Positions 60,901 to 64,000 of a DNA stretch of 64,000 nucleotides are shown here, in pieces. A program made the position numbers and the translations under genes. Origin of the DNA: Truepera sp. (GTDB lineage: Bacteria; Deinococcota; Deinococci; Deinococcales; Trueperaceae); NCBI GenBank assembly GCA_965218435.1, contig CBDCKW010000009.1, forward strand, positions 3,712,001-3,776,000, written 5' to 3'. The notes below the pieces were generated by a model. The model was not told the origin of the DNA. It did not search any database and worked only from the letters and a program-made list of their open reading frames with translations. The stretch's first letter is position 1. Every line of letters starts with the position of its first letter.

Positions 60901-62245
60901 CGTTGGCCCTAAGTGTGGCGCTCCGGCCGAGGACGTTGGTCTTCAGCTCGAGGTCGGTCGTCCCGGTCAGCGTGCCCCGTTGCGAGGTAAGCGCCACGTT
61001 GAAGTCTGCTTTAGTAGCCTGACCGAACTTTTGCAGCGGCAGGTTCTTCCCGTCCGCTGTCAGGGTAAAGCCTTGACCCTGTTGATGCGGTGTCAGGGCA
61101 AAGCGGAAGGGCGCACCGCCTAAAGTTGCCGTCGCTTGTACGTCCGTCCCGACTGCCGACTTAAAGCCGAAGTCAACGTTGAGCTTGCGGAGCGGTTCGC
61201 CGAGCAAGCGGCCCCGGCCGTTCGCCTGACCTGAAAGCGTAAAGGTTTGCCAGCCGCCGACGGTGAGGTCTATAGCGGCGCTGCCGGAGGGCTCGAGCAC
61301 CTTAACTACACTTTCGGGAAGCTGCCCCCGGCTCAGCCACGTCAGCGCGTCGCGCAATTTAGCGTCGCCCGTCACGTCGGCCTGCCACCGCCGCGCTCTG
61401 AGGTCTACCGTGCCGGTGCCCTCGAGCGGCCCGCCGAGCGCCCGCCCGCTCAGCTCAGTCGTGAGTTTTCGGTTTTTTAGGGTAAGGGGGCCGGACACCT
61501 GACGCAGCTCGAGCCCGACCAAATCAACTCTGCCGCCTTGCAACTTAAGGTCACCGGTCACGCCCTGCGCGTCCGCCTGCACCGTGCCCGTAACTATGCC
61601 CCCCCGCAGCCCGTCAAAATAGCTTTGAGCGAGCGCGACGTCGGCGCGCTGAACGGTTGCGTCAATCTTAAACGGGTCGAGCGCGACCGTCCCGTCAGCC
61701 TCTAACACCGCCTTTTTTACGGCGAGCGCGGTGCGAAAATCGAAGGTATCGCCGTTCTCTTTAAGCTCGAGCCGAGTGACCTTCCCGTCCGGGATAGCGA
61801 ACGGTGCGCCGGAAACGTCGAGGGCCACGTCCGCTATATTGGCCTGCTTAAGCACCGGCCGGACCCACACGCGCCGCTGCGCCGGAGTTGCGTTTGGCGT
61901 CGTCGTCGCTGGGGCCGGTGGCGCGAGTTTATTGACCTCGACACGGCCGCGCACCCCGGTAACGTCAGTTCTCAGCGGCAGTCTGCCCGTAACCAGCGCC
62001 GCTAAGGTGTAGCTGAGCTCCGCAGTCTCGGCCGTAACGTCTACTCCCGGCCCCGTAACTTTGAGGTTCTGGAGCCCTACCCGGTAGAGCAAATTACCGC
62101 TACTCGAGCTGTATAACACCGTGTACCCGGCTCGCGCCGCTAACGACGTGCCCCAGTGCAACAGGGCGTTTCTAACCGGCGGCAGACCCGGCAAGAAAAA
62201 CAGCAGTGCGAGCACCCCAAAGGCGATGAGTAGACGCTGCTTCAC
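51911..62245 (-). CDS. tamB: Giant TamB/AsmA-like repeating beta-groove protein (3444 aa)
   Basis: N-terminal TM anchor, kilobases of amphipathic beta-strand repeats, DUF490-like C-terminal domain (VKVGGYLSDNLF...) ending in an aromatic beta-signal-like FTW. Confidence 0.85.
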   Translation of the reverse strand: MKQRLLIAFGVLALLFFLPGLPPVRNALLHWGTSLAARAGYTVLYSSSSGNLLYRVGLQNLKVTGPGVDVTAETAELSYTLAALVTGRLPLRTDVTGVRGRVEVNKLAPPAPATTTPNATPAQRRVWVRPVLKQANIADVALDVSGAPFAIPDGKVTRLELKENGDTFDFRTALAVKKAVLEADGTVALDPFKIDATVQRADVALAQSYFDGLRGGIVTGTVQADAQGVTGDLKLQGGRVDLVGLELRQVSGPLTLKNRKLTTELSGRALGGPLEGTGTVDLRARRWQADVTGDAKLRDALTWLSRGQLPESVVKVLEPSGSAAIDLTVGGWQTFTLSGQANGRGRLLGEPLRKLNVDFGFKSAVGTDVQATATLGGAPFRFALTPHQQGQGFTLTADGKNLPLQKFGQATKADFNVALTSQRGTLTGTTDLELKTNVLGRSATLRANAKKNPQAWRVDLSGQDALGARLTGESGLKGNILDGTVQATQLTLPGLADPVTVTAKTDGSLSELPLTLRVTGPDGVHPATGGVRAEANFAGRATATLRDGTLAGIKGDFGPLDVSGTLNDLRYTLSPTPLSGRAQGSVAVQNGQLNRPSGNRQGQLSATAQLVTKNLRGSGVSLPDLNAGVKLTQQDGLTASVKDKKAGVDVSLQNGELTGTLSNARIGALGETFAAKGTVKGRAAQLSKSLELDLRAKTTGNGPATTLQATGNAQQTKLLVQSEKGATLAGQTFEKPLTLSGNASLTGQKADLSGKLGGVGVSVTAKPDASGKLRTQAKLTSGGQAFTARFDSLASWSTEGTLPLSELGQSLGLPLHGTVQTTLARQGAKFSGQAAVQGTAFGLPLEAQAQSQGDRLTLEASSQVLGQALTLSGTALPETDATLQLGEYGAARVQGRYPALSIQGSGRVPGVARAGLELPAQPWQLRGNLAQGRATLDVGLSRVTATRGKNGWALSAGLEQPATLRGQPLELSADLTRTPQNPVGTVRGTLSVGGAPVKLAGTLKNLTVTGDVPAETLQPGLLGTLGLNAQVDALTQRYEVRSSWRYNERDNQAVLKLNATGQRAKITASVRGNGLDIRFDTRAGQPSWTVRATNVALAQLPVAALQNALQNTDARVGGTLGSSPEGYRGILNLTAGDATAQLHGKGKQLRLTAGFERGTLQANATGTLLPELDVTLTAKAADAATFQGAVQGSLGQPRLRGQIKTAAQNLGGQVTLPARAVGLSASLQNGLTAALQGDGANIQLENGAWNGTVALPFTLRGEPHRLTGTVRGALAKPVLDANLKGKILEGPLTLSRDGLNGKVAVTPNLSALPDAQLEATVSASPDLSWRAELTGQTTLPYRELPVALTGAVSGRSTRYDGAATLTVAGEQVPLTVAGKAGRVQAKAEFDAVGLSAFAPVQGTLSGNVRVATGPANADNGLRYFADLKTQGTAAGRPFDLALSADRDTGVGLTGTVAGASVRVEGEMPLNTLSVRVADSETPLELRSQLDLGKSLSVRGEGAWQGQTLTFQSAYTPAQGGGTLRVALGGARLTGTVTQAGASRTLDATLAAPTGVLGIKTPLSASLQASQAGQMLEVVALNAQFGTNQLFLSGTVPGRGDPQAALTGTVSVPAAGEPIALRLSALETGYLVSLTQDDLILRGVLNPNFIPERVRLIGTLKRPLVALQSDLVWQEGAGFSGRADATFGQGSAAATLTLAGQAQLKLTGTAAYQDVQVATLAATLSAEPWRDQAVSGALSVSVPAQKLSPVWLGDPLTVAGELALSGTLTAPKLAGPLNLRGALSADGTLQATRQGASLSLKGDGLRGVASANAEGYRTTLTLTQLGLGKLLPLTSSSTLSGALRATGRWGAAPNAQSDLEVVSGQSRMTSRVRFRNGFSGTVALAVQLQDVVPGWQGRVEGPIYLTGAAANSPLSGTLSLQNIGPKAADWRLGGDLELSGSVPNPTVTAALRGQGSADGTLQAALTPRQGQLELTSTLALLGVKTDVTLTRTRAGVSAAGMLRSGDFRTELTTQGGQVQLKGSGKLAGWHGVYGPQQLSLSGPLGSLNSQLEGKLTLAGSAALGTLSGTLTQAAFGPVSLGEVAFKRQANALEFSGDALNAQLGLVSTLPWTLTKLKLTGPGSSTLALSGQGTRTQGRVTGTVTAASLSLPLTARYGSEGLALSARGKLPVGVLDLQARYQERWRGQVNVTQKTPEGQTQVSSRLSGTLTAPKLVGNLELTQNGNAMEGTFAVGREALAFDVQVTSPQLGAPVSVKANGWPLALELSTPQLSTQKGNETNGAQALKLAFQGGQLESTGALALGVGPAQLTLRASEAGDRKLVLEVGAPAAPGLVLRTVLPADLGDYAVLTKGVTFQGAEQLSGTLVLKAQPIPQLTAQTLRWQTPAGTLTLAGTSTLAGTLTNLEADLTGRWSGTKAAPVPWLRDAVPFRVRAASGRLALTSAKLGQLSARYDPDPSAGHFALQSNLTLGRGTLRAEVGYTRADGPTGTLTVRSVPIFSVGPEVGTLSSQLTLSRADVSGDGTLALAGGNLRISGAAGWARLLPEALRRLTPAGTETLSAQLRLSRFNLGDVPQVSARLPYLSAPVSGVATFSGTQVVGQLIAPDLRVLANKLPTQVDFNGTLTSLEARATVADSRFNVRYNRAKEQAGTEDRGPSLSGLVTLESFPLQALPEAFVGASQVKAAVTGAARFELPLRRLATGYVRLATERLTLQSTGPDSTGKATQGDVALRFENGRLYVERAEFKGDGFWRAQGVLTPENLDFTLEAQDADFTPLLRLAPPLAALNIGAQGSLDLRASGSASAPDITLSSPRLALQVAGTRYRAVGTTASLSGGAFGLKGSLLGVAPLQGRLELSGSGQLNLAPFATNGLALRFSGDAAVPTLGRVTQLQGRITPSETGLQLSSEGVLGRPFRVSGSLTPLDLELRGQNLDVQARRLFVASSSTDVDLTLKSGGGGLTLSGSAFVNRAQLSLNRSEGTPAAGAPTGSAEPPAPAPNPAPPATDPTDAAPDVPSNAAPVTPDLLGSTASASAVTDPATTQGTVFSTLDPNLTASTGTTSSSAAPNSVGNTDPTADLLITAPAAVPSAAPRATNPVLARIRFDDVTLQAPREVLFNEAFGSAELSLDLTLSGTAAQPLLGGQAQTLDGSIRFSGQDFSLTQAVATFDPARGVYPTLALGATASFDKGRALGGIPATQTAQPELVEPPGPSFQVNLQITGGFEESTSGRRVLDLSPTLSSNAELQEGTGNPQPLTEAELVSLLTLGRLQLDTAVGGANSLAGTVAESALDTAVDLLVVSELQDALNEVLGTDLLEIRTSAFSSILGTEGGQKNFGVSVKVGGYLSDNLFASVQVGRFDDPEQAYALSNEFLLRYTAAPLELSLSGGVNFSDRLGTLSAATDFSLGLSYAITPLISLDASLDTTALNTSLDPAARGRNTSVGFGVSFTW

Positions 62246-62493
62246 CTACGCAAGCCCGTACGATGGTCACCGGACGACGGCGTAGGTGTAAACCCAAACG
62301 CCGATCTAAAAAGTAGAAGGCGGGGTTTGCGGAGGTTTAGAGGGACGTACAAAAGCTGCGAGGTGCAAGACATGCTAATGTTGCAGCTTACCATCTTGCA
62401 GCAGGCAACTTTTATACGCCCCTACTCTTTTGATTCTAAGTACCTTAACTCACATTTAATCAAAGACTCAGGTTATAAATAAAAGGTGCAAGA

Positions 62494-62533
62494 CATTAAA
62501 AGCACAGGTCATTAAAAGCACAGGTCATTAAAA
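62494..62533. repeat. 16-bp tandem repeat (2.5 copies)
   Basis: cattaaaagcacaggt x2 plus cattaaaa. Confidence 0.9.
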
Positions 62534-62592
62534 ACCAAGCTACCGCAAGCTGAGCGCAGCTGCGGCGGCGCTCGGTGCGTTAGCATAACGAA

Positions 62593-62874
62593 ATGTCCGA
62601 GACCGATTCTGTCCGCCTGACCGCTCTCATCTCCGGGCAGGTTCAAGGCGTCAATTTTCGTAATTACGTCCGGCGTTTAGCCCGTGACGCGGGGCTCACA
62701 GGCTACGCTGAAAACTTGAGTGACGGCCGCGTCGAAGTTGTCGCTGAAGGGCCGAAAGCCGAGCTGACGGCGCTTTTGCACCAGCTCCGGCGCGGCCCGA
62801 CCTACGCCGAAGTCAGCGCAGTTGACGTGACCTGGGGGGAGGTGAGCGGACTTGAAGGCTTTCAGACCTACTGA
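62593..62874 (+). CDS. acyP: Acylphosphatase
   Basis: GQVQGVNFR, GYAENLSDGRVEVVAEG, GP. Confidence 0.95.
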   Translation: MSETDSVRLTALISGQVQGVNFRNYVRRLARDAGLTGYAENLSDGRVEVVAEGPKAELTALLHQLRRGPTYAEVSAVDVTWGEVSGLEGFQTY

Positions 62875-63721
62875 CCCGCCAACCGAGCTGGTCTTTCCTG
62901 CGCCCCTTACCGAGGCTGAAGCCGCAGGGGTTCCGGGAACGCTGGGCCGCATTACTGCCGAACGGGTCGCTGCTTATAAGGATGCGCCGGTGGGTCGGCT
63001 CATCGTGACCGAGCGGCCGAGCTTCGCCGCTGCGCTGAGCGCGCCGGGACTACAAATTATCGCCGAGGTCAAACGCAGCAGTCCGTCACTTGGGAAAATC
63101 GCCGACTTAAACCCGATAGAGGCCGCTGCTGCTTACGCTGCCGGGGGTGCGGCGGCGCTGAGTATCCTGACCGAACCGAACCACTTTGGGGGAGAGTTAA
63201 AACACCTCGAGCAAGTTGCAGCAGTAGTTACGTTACCTTTACTCCGCAAAGACTTTACCGTCCATCCGGCGCAGCTTTTAGAAGCTAAAGCGTCCGAGGC
63301 GAGCGCCGTATTACTTATCGTGGCGATTCTTGGGGAGCACACCGCCGCTTATCTGACCTTAGCGCGTGAATTGGGACTCGACGCGCTCGTTGAAATTCAC
63401 GACGAGGCTGAATTAGAAACGGCCCTAGCGAGCGGCGCTCAGCTGATTGGCGTCAATAACCGTGACCTCAAAACCTTAGAAATCGACCTCGGCACTGCGC
63501 CGCGCCTGATGACCCGCGCCCGTAACGCGGGCTTTGCCGGTCTGCTCGTTGCTGAATCGGGCTACACCGAGGCGGCTGAACTGGAGAGCGTGTCAGGTCT
63601 GGCAGACGCGGTGCTAATCGGCAGCAGCGTCGCGGGCAGTGGCGATTTAGAGGCGGCGGTGCGGCGACTTCGTACGGGTTTGGATGGTCTGTCCGAACGT
63701 TCCGTAAAAACCCATGCTTAG
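62852..63721 (+). CDS. trpC: Indole-3-glycerol phosphate synthase (start uncertain)
   Basis: IIAEVKRSSPS, SILTEP..FGG, LRKDF, LVEIH, GVNNRDL, VAESG. Confidence 0.95.
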   Translation: MKAFRPTDPPTELVFPAPLTEAEAAGVPGTLGRITAERVAAYKDAPVGRLIVTERPSFAAALSAPGLQIIAEVKRSSPSLGKIADLNPIEAAAAYAAGGAAALSILTEPNHFGGELKHLEQVAAVVTLPLLRKDFTVHPAQLLEAKASEASAVLLIVAILGEHTAAYLTLARELGLDALVEIHDEAELETALASGAQLIGVNNRDLKTLEIDLGTAPRLMTRARNAGFAGLLVAESGYTEAAELESVSGLADAVLIGSSVAGSGDLEAAVRRLRTGLDGLSERSVKTHA

Positions 63722-64000
63722 CAACCAGCATGTCTTAATTACCGGGGCCAGCAGCGGGATCGGGCGGGCGCTGACCCTGGCGCTAGCCCGCACTGAAGCG
63801 AGCTTGCACCTCGTCGGGAGAAACGGCGCAGCCTTAACCGAACTCGCGCGGCAGGCACGGAGTTGGGGAGCGCAGGCGCAGACGCACGTGCTCGAGCTCA
63901 CCGACGACGAGGCCGTCAAAACGTTTGCGCAAACGTTCTCCACGCCCCTCGATGTCTTAATTCACAGCGCCGGAACCATTTCACTAGGGGCGCTTAAAGA
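63714..64000 (+). CDS. SDR family oxidoreductase (partial, runs off right edge)
   Basis: MLSNQHVLITGASSGIGRAL...LDVLIHSAG. Confidence 0.9.
   Translation, partial: MLSNQHVLITGASSGIGRALTLALARTEASLHLVGRNGAALTELARQARSWGAQAQTHVLELTDDEAVKTFAQTFSTPLDVLIHSAGTISLGALK

Noticed and set aside
52287..62012. Numerous plus-strand and alternate-frame ORFs within tamB and other long genes
   Set aside because: Shadow ORFs expected in GC-rich coding DNA; no motifs or translation signals

Overview
A 64-kb piece of bacterial chromosome, most likely Deinococcota (Truepera-like). That call rests on the giant TamB, Deinococcus/Thermus-type NrdJ and PilD, and many apparently leaderless genes. Housekeeping genes: speA (partial), intein-containing class II RNR nrdJ with tandem NrdR boxes, purH, a SurA/PrsA-like foldase, tRNA-Arg(CCG), DAHP synthase, ffh-rpsP-khpA-rimM-trmD, skp, pilD, argF-argC-argJ, htrA, ctpA, pckA, tamB, acyP and trpC. 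Accessory modules, several decaying: TetR/FAD-monooxygenase (nonsense)/sulfotransferase, an HTH antitoxin with a broken MazF, and a LacI-controlled galactan operon with a deleted GH53 and a permease that lacks a canonical start. Most notable observations: (1) an unannotated Phe/Tyr/Trp-rich leader peptide with 1:2, 2:3 and 3:4 attenuator hairpins upstream of DAHP synthase; (2) strong over-representation of the palindrome CTCGAG; (3) a LAGLIDADG intein ending in Gln at the RNR thiyl-radical Cys; (4) a SET/NTF2-like fusion gene between ffh and rpsP; (5) small ORFs below the track cutoff (a 27-aa membrane peptide and a 55-aa acidic peptide); (6) many short tandem duplications. All calls are by eye from motifs; no searches were run. 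No CRISPR array, rRNA, integrase or transposase was seen.
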